Made by a program: the position numbers and the translations under genes
The notes under the pieces: generated by a model
Databases searched by the model: none
What the model was told of the DNA's origin: nothing
What the model saw: the letters and a program-made list of their open reading frames with translations, nothing else
From: Utricularia gibba
Lineage: Eukaryota; Plantae; Magnoliophyta
DNA: 64,000 nt
Direction of reading: 5' to 3'
NCBI GenBank assembly: GCA_002189035.1
Contig: NEEC01000016.1
Location: 868,001 to 932,000 of the forward strand
Shown here: piece by piece, positions 29,166 to 42,280 of the stretch
How the letters are laid out: every line of letters begins with the position of its first letter
Position numbering within the stretch: the stretch's first letter is position 1

Positions 29166-30101
29166 ATGGGGAAACATCTGTTGCTGGCTCTGCTGCTCTC
29201 TGGTTTCTTCTTGTCCTGTGTTTCATCTGCAGATTGGAACATTTTGCACCAGGGAAAAGTTACCAAATCTGGGCTCCAGATCACACTCAAGAACTACTGT
29301 GAGAGCTGGAGGGTGAATGTTGAGCTTCACAACATCAGAGGATTTGAGGTTGTGCCTGAGGAATGCGTTGATTATATCTGGAAATATGTGACTTCAACTC
29401 AGTACAGAGTCGACTCAGAGAGAGCTGTTGATGAGATCATTTCATATATAAGCACAAGCTGCAGCCTGAGGAAAGATGGGACTGATGCCTGGATCTTTGA
29501 TGTTGATGACACTCTTGTTTCCACCATTCCTTACTACAAGAAGAACGGTTTAGGGTATGCTTTTTTTCTCCTGGAGCTCAAACTCAAGGAACAAACTTGG
29601 CTTGGTTCATGAATTCATCATTCATGAGTACTGACTGATGCAGGGGAAATAAGCTGAACTTGACTTCTCTCGAGGAATGGATCTTGAAGGCTAAGGCACC
29701 AGTTCTGGAATATTCACTGAAGCTGTTTGATCATTTGAAAGGCTTGGGATTTCAGATATTCATCATCTCATCAAGAGCAGAATGCTTGCGCTCTGCCACT
29801 ACAGATAATCTGGTTGGGGTTGGCTACCATGGATGGGCAAGTCTCATCCTAAGGTCTGACCTCTTAATATATGTACACTGTTTAAAAAATATCGGGTTGT
29901 GAGATTCAGCACTGACCTTGCAGGAAGCCAGAGGACAAGAACAAAGAGATACAGAGCTACAAAGCTGATGTGAGAAAGCAGCTGGTGAACAGCGGATACC
30001 ATATTTGGGGAATCTTGGGAGATCAGTGGAGCAGCTTTGAAGGCACTCCAGCAGCAAGGAGAGGATTTAAGCTCCCCAATCCTCTCTACTATGTTGCTTG
30101 A
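29166..30101 (+). CDS. HAD class IIIB acid phosphatase (acid phosphatase 1/VSP family) with signal peptide, 3 exons
   Basis: Hydrophobic N-terminus MGKHLLLALLLSGFFLSCVSS, then YCESWRVNVELHNI, intact WIFDVDDTL (DxDxT), GDQWSS and FKLPNPLYYVA-stop. Confidence 0.93.
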
Positions 30102-30551
30102 GATGAAACAGAGGGAATGGTGCATCAAAAGTTATTGAATAAGGCTGCTTCTGTTTGCCAATGCAGCATCTGCAATAATTTGTATTGAAGCCTACTTCAC
30201 AGCCCATATTTCTCATATTCACATGAGTTTGCAACAAAGCCCATCACATGCATAGCTAGTTAAACCATGCTGGTTTTTCATACAATGAGTATTGTATAGA
30301 TTGATCCGTGAAAATAAAAAAGGTGTAGAGTAGTACAACACGTACAATATTAATGAATGAAAAGACAAATTTTGTTTACATCGACTCATTATTCAGGCAT
30401 ACCAAGCATAAAAGATGGATTCATGGCTACTCCCCTAATTTGATCCCTATTCCTGTTGCCCCTTTTTTCGTTGTTTCTAGGGCAATGTGACTGGAGAGAA
30501 CTCTTCCATGCTGTACGAACATGGGATTGATTAGTTAGTCAGAAATGCATT

Positions 30552-32565
30552 TTAACTAGGAAGCAATATCGAAAGTAACCTTGTTCCCAAGCATTCGATT
30601 ATATCAGTAGTCAGAGTAGATCTGCCTTTACTTTTGAATGCAATTGAAGCAGCCTTTCTCACCAAAATGGAACCCGCAATGCATCCCAAAATAGTCGAGC
30701 TCAAGCTTGGCTCAGCTTTAGCAGCATGTTGGGCCCATGAAACGAACACAGCAACGCTAATTGCAGAAGTCACAATTATGATGGAAAATAAACTAAGGAA
30801 TAAGGTATGAAACAGGTGGTGTTATATACCTCCCAGAGAGAATATCACCCTGGCCACCACAACGTCGAGGTGAACCAAAATCTTTCACAACTTTAACTGC
30901 ATACATATTCACTTTTGTTTGGTAAAATTGATTATGCCATCTAGCACAAGGTCACACGACATTGAATAACACATGGAAGGTAAACTCTACATACCAAAAA
31001 TCAAGTAGAGACGTCTGATTCATTCAACATAGGAAAAGATTACCTGTTTCACCATTACAAATGGTGTCTGAAGCACCTTTCCTCAATATTGTCACACCTC
31101 CTAATCTGTTTTCATGGGCCGAGTAGAATTTCCAGTCAGTTACACTCTTGCAACTAGTTTCTCATGAAGAGTTGAAACATGTGAACTTGAAGCCAAAGTG
31201 ATGATATATGAGATTCTCGAGTGATCTCAGGCATTTAAAGGATGAGAAGATGGGCATTACCCTTTAGCCAGAGACAGTAACTGTTGATGTTCATCTTGAT
31301 CCTTTACCTCAGAGTGTAAGACTTTTTGAACGAGGCGCGTATATTCATTAACATTAGGTGTCAGGACGGCCAAGGGATAGCCATTTACCAAATCAAGGCA
31401 ATTCGTAACGAGGAAAAGCCCATCCTGTGAAATCCATTAAAGATCACATTCAATTCCAGTTACGGAGGAAAAACATGTTTTACTGCTTACCCCATCTATA
31501 ACCATCGGAACGTTGGATTTCCTCACATGTTTCATTATTTCAGCCACACACTCCTGAGGCCAACCATTTGCACAGTTAGCTCTTTGAAGGATTTAGAAAG
31601 CTGATTTTTCACAGCTTTTACACATTCTTTTATTAAGAAGAAAAAAAATGCTCATGATGAGTAGGAAATGTGATGCTTGAAAGGAGGAACAGAACAAACT
31701 AAATACTCCAGAGTTTCTTACCAAGAGAAATGAATCCCGGCCAAGACCAGGACCCACTACTAAACAATCAAATCTTGCCATCCATTTATCAATCTCTTCA
31801 ATAACCTTGGATGATATTGCCTTCTTATTCTCTTCCCTAAATGAATCAAATCAGTAAATGAGCATGCAACCATATATAACTTTAGAAAACAACCTGTAAC
31901 AAGATTCACCTCACACTATAAGACTCTTCCAGGATAGGATGTACAATTAGCTCAGGACTGTAACTTTTAATAACTGCAGCAGCATCTTTCGTGCAGAAGA
32001 CATGAGAAAGATCAGCACCCTGAAAAAAACCCACATTCTAAATTTACAGCACAACCAGTTATGTTCACGCCAGGGGAGGAATAGACTAACGATTTTTAAG
32101 GCCGAAATAGCAGAGAAGAACGGTGCACCAGTGTACTCACGGCAACCTCCCACAACTGCTATTTTTCCTGGTAAGAGGCTAATGTTTGAGACACATTACA
32201 GGCCGCAAGTTAACCATAATCTACTCCACCAAAACTGCCTTTTACCTGCTTGGCCCTTATGCTTCAAATGGTCCAGACATGGAGTGATTGATCTCAAAAT
32301 CCCGATCGCATCAACCTCCATTGAAAGAGCTCGGCCACTCACTAGAGACTGCGATTTGATGGGGGTACCACAGATATTCTTGATGCTGGTATCAAACGCT
32401 CCTAAACACATACTTAAAAATTTCTGTCTCCTGATCACTACATCCGAGAAACCTACCATTAGCTGGAACTAAAAAATCTTGTATTCGTAGAGGAAGCAGA
32501 TTACAGATTACATCGAAGAGACGAGGTGCACGGGCCAGTTCTCGCACCCAGGTGGCTGTGAACAT
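30552..32565 (-). CDS. ATP-dependent NAD(P)HX dehydratase (NNRD/CARKD), multi-exon; 5' start uncertain
   Basis: Motifs HKGQAG|[61 protein letters not shown] and [14 protein letters not shown]. In-frame ATGs at 32565 (requires a 49-nt intron) and 32459. Confidence 0.88.
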
Positions 32566-33941
32566 CCTCCTCGAGAAACAACCGTTTCTAGAAAAAAGAC
32601 GCCATTAGAAAATACATTTGGGCTGGTTCAAACCCAGCCCATTTATAACCACAACCACAGGCTCAAAAAAGCCCAATCCAAAAATAATAATTATATTAAT
32701 ATTATAAATACCGAAATGATAATTTTCAAAATTACAAAAAAACACTTCAAATTATCAATACCGTACAAAGAAAATCCAAAAGATTTTCAAAATTTTTAGA
32801 AAATAAATCAATTTACAACATCATGAACCAATTCTGATTTTACATTCAATAAAATTTTGTGATACAATTTTTAGTATTCGCATATGAAGTTTAATGATTC
32901 AAAATCTATTATTAGAGTTATATTGTGTTCGCATCTCATGATTTTTGAAGTGTGATGGGAGTAAGATCATGAGAGTAGAAGTAATGTAAATTATGAATAT
33001 TGTTTATAATAATATATTATAGTTTTGATAATATGAAAGTTTAAATATACAATTCACAAGTTTAGAATCAAACTATTTTCAAGAAAATTAAGTTGAAGAA
33101 TTTATGATAGAATTTTGAAACTTAAAAATTAAACTTTGTAACTTTGAGTGGTATCTTAAAACTTCACCCATATTCAAATGGAATAATTGTTTATTGTTAG
33201 ATGATCTCTCCAGCCACCTCAACATGAGACTTGTTTTGTCTCCTCTTTACACAGAGTGTCCGAAGATTCATTGAATGCAAGAAAAACCCTTTATGCGTAA
33301 CCCCATGTGCAGTTCCTTCGGTTTAAAGTGTCTGATAATCCGATGCTTTGGATTTAGGGCAGCCTCACCCTCACCACCATGTGCCTCTGTTGCTAAGCAA
33401 GTTACAGCAGTCAACAGAATGTGGTCACAGCAAAACCAGCATTTACTGCCTGCCTTTGGAAGTTGCAGTTTGCATAGTGTATTTTCACCGTGTGCTGCCA
33501 CTCTACTGAGATAATGCACCTCTGGGTAAAATGTTAAAAGGGGTTTTCACCCCTTTTGGACCACGCCCAATTCAATTACCTCGAGCCTGATGGCACCGAC
33601 AACGCCTCGTGGACGCTCAGTTCATGTGATCTGATACATTTCTTGGCTTTCTTCTTATCAGGACTATCTTCTCTTGGAAAGGGGAATGGATGACCACATA
33701 TATGTACATGTGTGTGTGTGTATGCGTCACTGCAATGTCAAGGTGCATCTTGGCTTTATTGCACATTCCCTGTGGGCTTATGACAGCATGGCCTGCTGAC
33801 TTATATTGCCCCACACCACATGTTCTCTTCATTTGGAACAACCAGAGGTTTTCCTATTTAAAAAGGGGGTGTTAGTGAGTGTCATTCATCACTAACTTGA
33901 AATAGAATAGCAGATCAGTGGGAGATCATCTGTGGGCTTCA

Positions 33942-34415
33942 ATGGAAGGTGGAGTTGAGTTTGATCCTGATGATGCTTTCTTTGCAGACTTGAGCAAGCA
34001 GCTTTATCTTATTTTGGATGACTCAGAGGAAGATGCTCATCATGATCGCCATCATGAGCTATTCCCCCATTACCAATATGTTAATCTACAGGTTTTCTTT
34101 CCTCTCATCTGCTGTGCTTTCCAAAACATGTCACCAGGCTGAACATGTATCTGTTTTCAGGGATTTGCTACGGTAATTCATCCGACAAGGAAAGGATCCT
34201 TTCACGAAACGAGCAAGCGAGGAACCGGAGTTTTCATCCCGAATCCGGCGAGGAGGAGTAATCTGATGAGGCAAGGGAAGTTCACAGTGCCAACAACCAA
34301 GTGTCAAGGGCCATATGATCATGAAAACACAGCAGGGCTTCTTCCAAATGCTACCTATGGAAACATGGTCAATCAATCCCAGGATCAGCACTCCATTAAC
34401 TTCAGAAAGTTCTGA
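33942..34415 (+). CDS. Small plant-specific uncharacterised protein with GTGVFIP motif, 2 exons (33942-34091, 34161-34415)
   Basis: MEGGVEFDPDDAFFADLSKQLYLILDDSEED...NLQ| splices in phase 0 to GFATV...SKRGTGVFIPNP...RKF-stop. Acidic LxxxxxxLIxDD plus GTGVFIP is a recurring plant protein pattern. Confidence 0.7.
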
Positions 34416-34855
34416 TTGGGATCTAAGGATCAAGATGGTTTATTATTACAAATAAAACAGACACCCAGGTTGTATTGCTTGATCTTGATACTATATGTAG
34501 GAGTTTGTACTTGTATAGAGTACAGTGTACGGCTGTAATGGAAATGGTGAATAACTAAATTGTTAATTATCAGAAAGAATTCATTGCTTTTATGCCTCAA
34601 ATGGATGGTTCTCCACATGATCTACTTACCAGTTACCATTAGTAATTTTTCGAAAAACTGTACAATTCAGCGTTCTGAAGGTGATGAAGCCCCTAGAAAA
34701 ATCCCATCTTGAAGACGGAAGCATCTATTTTGTTGAAGAATTGGAAGACAGATGATCCCTTTTTGGTTTGGAGTTTTGCAGATTCAGTAGAAAATTATGA
34801 TGTTAAGAAGTTTCTTTATCAATAGAAATTGGAACTAGGGTGGAGTAACCCCTCC

Positions 34856-37061
34856 ATGGCGTGTTGTTCCGCGGCCCGGCTGCGGTTCTTCCCGCTAGGC
34901 ATCTCCGTGAGACCGCCGTTGCTGCATACTAAATGTTCATATTCAACGTTTTTGCCTTCTGCTGCTTCCCTTTGCTCAACGCCCATGGAGCAAAACGAAG
35001 CATTAACGCCAAAAAAGGGTTTCAGAGTGCTCTGCGAAGGCCATGTCCCCGAACATATGCTTCGCAGGTAAGGCAATGATTCTTTTTCAGTTCAAATCTC
35101 GAATTTGGGTAGTTTTTTATATGGGCCTTTGATTATTGCATTTTAGGCTGGAGGAGGTGGGATACAGAGAGCCGACTGAGGTGCAGAAGGAAGCTTTGCC
35201 AGTGCTATTATCTGGGGTTGACTGTGTGATGCAAGCTCAGGTATATATCATTCATATTTGGATAAACAAGTAAAAAACTGGTGGAAGTGGAATGAATATT
35301 ACAGTTTCTAAGCCATCCAATGAAAATCTGTGTGTTTGCAATGCCATCTATTGTTCTGCAGACGGGTTCAGGGAAGACGCTAGCTTACCTGCTTTTGGTG
35401 TTCTCAGTTATCAATCCCCAACGATCTGCTGTGCAGGCCCTGATAGTCGTCCCAACAAGGGAACTTGGTATGCAGGTAGAATGTCGTCTGTATTGACCAT
35501 TTACATTAAGCTTTCTGGCTTTTGATATCAGTCTGGTATCTTGCATTGAGAAAGGTTACAAAAGTTGCAAGGATGTTGAATACCAAGTCTTCAGTGCTGG
35601 AATCCGAGCACAAGTCGTCTTCAGTGATGGCCCTTTTAGATGGTGGAACACTTAGAAGACACAAGAGTTGGTTAAAGGTTTGTTTACTGCTGATTGTCTG
35701 AGAGAAGCTATGTCACTGCTTTACTGTACTTTGGTTAAGAATCCATTCTCTGTTTCCATCAATCTGAGGAAACCAGTGTTGCATTTATTTCCCTTTTAGT
35801 ACTGATTTGGAACCAGCACTCCATTCATCTGTAGGTGGAACCCCCTGCTATAGTAATCGCCACTCTGCGGAGCCTCTTCCAAATGCTGGATAGGAAAACT
35901 CTCAACTTGGATACCATCAAAGTCATGGTGATTGATGAGGTAATCAAGATCTTCTTGCCATTTTTTCCCCATCATCCACCTGCATTAGTTCCAGCACAGG
36001 CCTTCTTTCTGATCATGGAGCCTGTGCTTGTTTGCAGGTTGACTGCATGTTCAACTCCTCCAAAGATGTGAATCTATTAAAAAAGCTATTGACAGTCCAT
36101 TCTTCAATCAGCAACCGTCAAACAGTGTTTGCCAGTGCATCCATTCCTCAGCACAGACGATTCCTCTATGACTGCATTCAGCAGAAATGGACCAGGGTCT
36201 GAAATCAAGCATCTGTTTCACAATTGCAGCAACACCTCAATCATCATTCTATAGCATCAGTTTGCTCTTCCTTTTGATAGGCTGATGTTGTGCATGTCCA
36301 TGTGAATGCTCTTCGGCCGATGCCATCATGTCTGCATCACCGGTTCCTGGTAACACGCACACCCTTTGCTCTTCACCTTCTACATCTCCATTTTCTTTCT
36401 GTAACACAGCGCCTGTCAGACGTGCGATAAAACAGAGAGGTATTCAGCACTGCTGCATCTCTTGAAGGCAGATAATCCTCAGTCCGCTATAGTTTTTGTT
36501 GGCGAGCAGGTTACTTACTACCTGCTTTACAGAGACATATTGCGCTGAACTAGAGACTCTCCCGTGTCATCTTCTTGATCTTCCTTGCAGTCAGCAAAGT
36601 CGAAGAATCTCGGAGACCCCCCACCATCATCCCTTTTGACCAGTTTCTTGAAAGATTCGTACAGCGAAGGCCTGGACATTGTGGTGCTGGAGGAAGACAT
36701 AAATTTCAACCAAAGAGCTTCTGTGCTGATGGTAACCACCGCCCCGCCCTTCATCCCCTTTTGCATCTTCCATTTACCGATCGGTGATGAAACTGCAGGA
36801 GCTGAAGCAGTCGGGAGGCCATCTTCTGATTGCGAGCGATATCGCCGCCAGGGGGTCGACTTACCCACGACAACCCACATCTATAACTTCGATCTTCCGG
36901 TGGATGCCGTCAGTTACCTCCACCGCGCCGGAAGAACCGGCCGGAAACCGTTCTCCGACAGCGCATGCTTCGTCACGAGCCTGTTGACCGCCGAAGAACG
37001 TTTTGTGTTGAAAAGATTCGAGAATGAGTTACAGTTTCACTGTGAAGAATTACTTTTTTGA
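34856..37061 (+). CDS. RH58: Chloroplast DEAD-box RNA helicase, RH58-like, multi-exon
   Basis: Transit-like start MACCSAARLRFF, Q-motif PTEVQ, AQ|TGSGKT, VIDE|VD, ARGVDLPTTTHIYNFDLP and YLHRAGRTGRKPFSD; ends CEELLF-stop. Confidence 0.88.
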
Positions 37062-37143
37062 CCTTGTGGTAATAAATTATTTATTGCTCATTTAAAATAA
37101 TAATTATTGTTAATAATTTATTAAAAATACATATTTAAATAAA

Positions 37144-38136
37144 TTAGGGAGAGTTGATGAAAGAAGCCATGCTTTGGAAGAGAAGCTTGGCTTTTTCACT
37201 TTGGGGATCGAAGATATGAAAGCAGTGATCTTCTCCGGCGACCTCCGCCGTCTCCAGTGCGCCGCTCCACCCGCTTTCCTTCAATTTATTCCAGTACGCC
37301 ACCGCCCTGTTCTTCAACGTGTCATTCTCCGCCGCTGAGACGAAGACTTTCGAGCAGGCCAGTCGCGATAAGCACGGCGCCTGTTCTCCGATGGGGTTGA
37401 TCATCGGATTATCAATTCCTCCCGGCGCGTCAGGGTAAACGAATTGCCAGACTCTGTAACCCAACGTCTTCTCCAATTCAGCCTCAAATTCATTTACCCC
37501 GACTGGAACCGAACCCCAGAAGAAGGGGTGATTCACAATAAGCCCCTGGATTTTCAGATTCCCCGGCAACGGCTCCGAGTCAGCGCGCATCACCATATTG
37601 TGAGCGATGTTCCCTCCGGCGCTGTCGCCGATCACAAAAACTTTCCCAAAATCGCCGTGATTCGCGATCCAGGGGTCTCCGTCAAAGTGGGTCTTTTCCA
37701 GAACGTGGGAACAGACCCACCGCAGCGCCGCCCACGAATCATCGTACGCGGCGGGGAGTCTCCGCTCCGGCGCGAGCGGGTACTCCACAGAAACAATCAG
37801 AGCATTGAGATGGTACGACAAATGGTTCAGGTACTTGAGATCCGTTTCACCGAAAGCCGATCCGACGCAGAAGCCACCAGCGTGGAAGTGGACGAGGATC
37901 GGCAGCTTCTGAGCCGGGCTCCCTAGTTGCGGCATGAAGATTCGAGAAGGCGGCACGGTGGCAGTGTCTCTGGAGGACACTCCCGTCATGGGGTCCCGGT
38001 GCAGAGGAGGGACGTAAGGGGTGGCGACGAGGCGGTGGAAGGTGTCGTCACTGTAGATCCTGAGGAACGGAGACAGATCAAAAGCTACTTTCCGATCAGC
38101 CGCCGCCAAGTGAGAAGCAGAGACGAGGGCAGCCAT
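37144..38136 (-). CDS. Alpha/beta-hydrolase carboxylesterase (CXE / HID-like), intronless
   Basis: 330-aa ORF with LPILVHFHAGGF, GDSAGGNIAH (catalytic Ser), AENDTL (Asp) and GEDHCF (His). Confidence 0.95.
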   Translation of the reverse strand: MAALVSASHLAAADRKVAFDLSPFLRIYSDDTFHRLVATPYVPPLHRDPMTGVSSRDTATVPPSRIFMPQLGSPAQKLPILVHFHAGGFCVGSAFGETDLKYLNHLSYHLNALIVSVEYPLAPERRLPAAYDDSWAALRWVCSHVLEKTHFDGDPWIANHGDFGKVFVIGDSAGGNIAHNMVMRADSEPLPGNLKIQGLIVNHPFFWGSVPVGVNEFEAELEKTLGYRVWQFVYPDAPGGIDNPMINPIGEQAPCLSRLACSKVFVSAAENDTLKNRAVAYWNKLKESGWSGALETAEVAGEDHCFHIFDPQSEKAKLLFQSMASFINSP

Positions 38137-38579
38137 TGCAGTCCGTACTGGTTGCTCTTCCTCTTGCCGCTTCTTATAGACGCGATAGGCTCCTCATTCC
38201 CCCACGGCAGCGCCGTGCCCCTTTGTACAAGACGTCAACAAATAAAAAAAAAAACCAATTTACTATAATAATTTGAACAGGCTGGGCTTAATATGTAGGG
38301 TGTATTACAAATACCTTTTGTATGAAGTGTGTGAAAAAATTTACTCTCAATTAAAAATTTTTTGCATAAAAAATAAAAATACATAAAACTTAATCAGTCT
38401 TGTGAAAAAATTTTGAAATTTATTTTTATTTTTTAAAAAATTAAAATTAAAATTAAAAGTAATCTATTTTTTATTTTTCTAAAATAGAATTATTTTTATA
38501 ATTAATAGTATTATAAAATAAAATTATTTTTACTTTTTAAAAAATATCAATAAACTTCAAAAATTTTCCAAAACAGTGT

Positions 38580-38760
38580 TTTAATCTCTAAATTTCAAAA
38601 CATAATACTAAATCCAAAATTTTTAAATTCCATAATCTAAACCCTAAAATCTAAAACTTAAATCTGAAATATTAAATTCTCAAATATTAAATCACAAAAC
38701 TAAATACCAAATTGTACACTTTAAACCTTAAACTCTAAAATTTAAATCTAAAATCCAAAA
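38580..38760. repeat. Degenerate heptameric telomere-like (CCCTAAA-related) repeat tract in AT-rich intergenic DNA
   Basis: Period-7 units such as aacccta/aaatcta/aaactta/aatctga/aacctta/aactcta/aaatcca; only one unit is close to perfect. Confidence 0.55.
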
Positions 38761-40110
38761 AAAAAGACAATAGGAAAATAGCTATTTTTGTAAATGACTT
38801 TTAATATGTAATTATATTAACAAATAAAATAATAAATTCTATTTTTTAATTTCATTCAAATCAATAAAATTCCTGAAATCCAAATTTAATGAAAAATACC
38901 AAATAAGCAGTCATATTTGGTACTCTGCGTTTTGTCGAGCCGGTCGAAGTCTTGTCTGGATGGCGGTTCGTTGGCAGGCAAATATTAATAATCCCAATTC
39001 CGAACCACCCGAGAACCTGTGTGTGTGTTTTGGTTTGGAGTTCATCCGGACCTCCTGAAACGTGTGTTTGCACGCATTCAACTATGATTTTGAAAATTGG
39101 TCACTTTTCAATAAAAAAAATATATAATATTTATCTTTTTCTTTTCATGTATAGAAACAAGATCAGTAACTTAAATCTACCTATAATTACAAAATTCAAG
39201 AAATAATTCATTTTATATAATTTTTCTAAAGCATGCAATGGATTAGTTATTTATTCATACTAAAATCTCTAAGAACCTTAATATGTAGTGTCAATATCCA
39301 TCGAATACGACATACGAGATGGTCTTTACGCCTTTTATATATTCATTGACATTCTTTGTGTAATAGTTTGTGATCACTCCTAATTTTACTATTGATTTCA
39401 TTAAGTACGTAGTCCACCATCATACCATCTTTTTAAATTATTTCAAAAAAACTATATCAGATCATCGCAAATTAGTATTGGATGGAATTTTTTAAGAATA
39501 AAGATTAAAAAACACCAAAAAGCATGTTTGGTATTTGTCTTTCATTATTTGAATATAATTTTTTTCAATTTTTTTTCCTAATGTTGTTGATGTGGATTAA
39601 CTCTTTCCCTCTTTATTTGCAATGCCATCGACAATCATACCTAAAAATCAATGTATTATTTTTTAACAAATAATATTTATTTTAAATAGGAAAATAGCTA
39701 TATTTGATGAATTAATCCGTCATGCCGGTAGGCTTGGTTTTTGGTTCGGATAACCACGTGGTCAATTTTGCCGCCAGTGCAGTGCACGCTTACGTCTCTT
39801 CACCATGTGGTAATAATTCCCTTTTATTGTACAAGTTCCTTGTAGCGCAGCACCAGTCCAAGTGCGACACGTCATGTGAGCTTTCTATTTATTTCCGTAT
39901 TTTCCCGTTGAACACGTCACAATATTGACAAAGAAGCCCAATAATGAGAATTGGGCCAACGTGGGGGTCATAAAAAAGCCCAATAATGTGACCTAAAACT
40001 GAAACTATTACCGCATAACAATGCGAATCCAAATGGAAGCTAGTTGCAGTACGGTCTCATGCCAAAAGAAGAAGCTACCTAACAACCACCAATTGTTAGT
40101 AGAAGGGTTT

Positions 40111-42280
40111 TCAAGTGGCGTGGCCGTTTCCTGAACTTATGGCATCTTCTGGTTTCTCCTTCACGGAGGCCATCTCCTCCTCATGCAGTTTCTTTAGATA
40201 CCCTCTTGCAGTTGAGTTCACAATTTGAATGAAGAAGTTCAAGATCATGAACCAAACAACGGTATTCCATGCAGAAGCGACCGAGAATCCCCACTTCTTT
40301 CCCTGATGGAAAAGAAGAATGTATCGATGATGAATCACGGGTGGATTAAGGCGTATTCGATATGTGTGTACATGGGGGGAACTGAACTAGCAAGTACCTG
40401 TGAGATTGGAGAATGTTTGGGAGCTAAGAGCTTGTCCTTCACGGAGTGAAGCTTGTTGACTAGGTTGGGTATGAAAGAATCGGAAATTGGCAGGAAACTA
40501 AGGATCCAGACAAGCTCATTTTCCATCCAGTTAAGGAGCTGGTTGTTGCAGATGGATATGACGAACATCATCTGCTTGCATTTGATCAGAGAAATCAGGA
40601 AAAATGTACACCGAAAAGAATAAAAAGAAAGGGAATGGTCGAGGAGTCAGCTATGTACCTGTAAATGAGTCTTAATGACGGCCTTGCCTATCAGTGTCGC
40701 CAGAAAAAACTCCCAGAAACTTACTCCAAATTGACCACTCATTATGCCCGCTAGATCAAATAGAGGATTGGGTATCTACAGGTAAACAATGCAAAATGCA
40801 ATGTAATGAATGAACAAGTATGCTAACACAGAAATTTTTATGGTACATAGAAACAACTGACCGAAGAAAGTAATAAAATGGTGAAGAAGTTCAGGTACTG
40901 AGCATTGGAGAGCAACCAGCGCTTTATGTGAGACAGCCTAGATGCAAAGAAGCCTCCATTATTTTCAGTAGAAGCATTCAGTTCTTCCATGGTAGAACCA
41001 GAGAAGCGAGCTTCATGACCAGCATTTCAAAAGATTAGTATTTCCTTGATAAAATCTTCGGAAGATCTGACTTTCTTAAAGATTTCATACCAGCCCTTGA
41101 AATAAAGTAAGGGGGGAGCTCGCCAAGTGCAGTCCCAATGCCCCACAGGATCGCCTCAAAATGGATCTGCGGCAATATCTTGCTAAGAGGGATCCCTTGT
41201 GATGTTGGAAACACCGGGGGACCAAAGTCAGCACAATCCTTTCCGAGCCATGAAGGGCCTCTATTAAAATTTATTGTGTCGTAAGGAGAGGTTTTGATGT
41301 CCACACGGCCACACTGTGTTGCCTTTAGAGTGAACAAGGCGATATGAGGTCCCAGGTAGAGAACAAAAGTGTGCAATCCAGATCCTTGCAATTTATAGAA
41401 ATGAAAAAGGCTCAGAATGTCATTCCCCAGTTTCCATATTCTCTCAGGACACAGGTATTCATTGTGAATAATGCTTATTTAACCAAAAAAAGACAACTGC
41501 GGCTGAGGTAAAAAGGAAAAAAAAAAAAAAAACTATGGCTTAGTATAAGTCAAAACACTAACCAAGCCCAATGGAAGATGCAACTCCAAGTGCTACCCAC
41601 CATAGGCCGAATTCTATATACTGCACAACTTCCTCCACATGCTGCAGTATACAACATAGGTCAGATGCATAGGATTGCAATGAGCTGTAAAGGAACATCC
41701 TAGAAAAACACATTTCCAGTCAACAGAACACTTTAGACATATTCAAATTATTGTTTACCTTTTCATGAGGACCATCAACGTTTGCGAGCAGAATGGCACA
41801 AAGCATAATAATGAGGCTCAATGGTATTAACCAACCACCACCATATGACCATAGATATGATCCCACCTGACTCAAATACTCCCCAAGGGCGAGAATGAAA
41901 AGCTTTGTTGTCTTCAAAGGCTGTGTGGTCAAGCTCAAGTTTTCCATCTCCTTTTCAGGGTCCATACGAAGAGCTGCAAACGAAACCCACGAGAGAAACA
42001 AGCAGGGTATCACTGGACCACCACTCATAAGTAGAACCAGAAAATCAGATAATCTACAACAAAGATCACAACATCACTCTCACACATAGTCATTTTCCGA
42101 AAAAAGAAGCGCAATTTGCACTTAGACATGGGAAACTGAACACCAAGCAACAGTCCACATGCATCACAAAACCAATTACACAAATCCAATTAACATCGGT
42201 ACTCTTACATCAATTACACAAATCCAATCTTACTTTCAGGTACATAAACGGAATCATTTCTACTCACCCGAAATCGACAT
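40111..42280 (-). CDS. Vacuole membrane protein 1 family (VMP1/KMS1-2; SNARE-associated domain), multi-exon
   Basis: 13-nt exon MSIS(A)|LR...[10 protein letters not shown], then [53 protein letters not shown] and [13 protein letters not shown]; ends GNGHAT-stop. Confidence 0.9.

Noticed and set aside
29166-30101. Secreted acid phosphatase as a prey-digestion enzyme
   Set aside because: The family is universal in plants and the species is not established; nothing in the sequence supports a special role.
33190-33900. Short ORFs and possible miRNA precursor upstream of the GTGVFIP gene
   Set aside because: No known mature miRNA or long hairpin recognised; consistent with promoter sequence.
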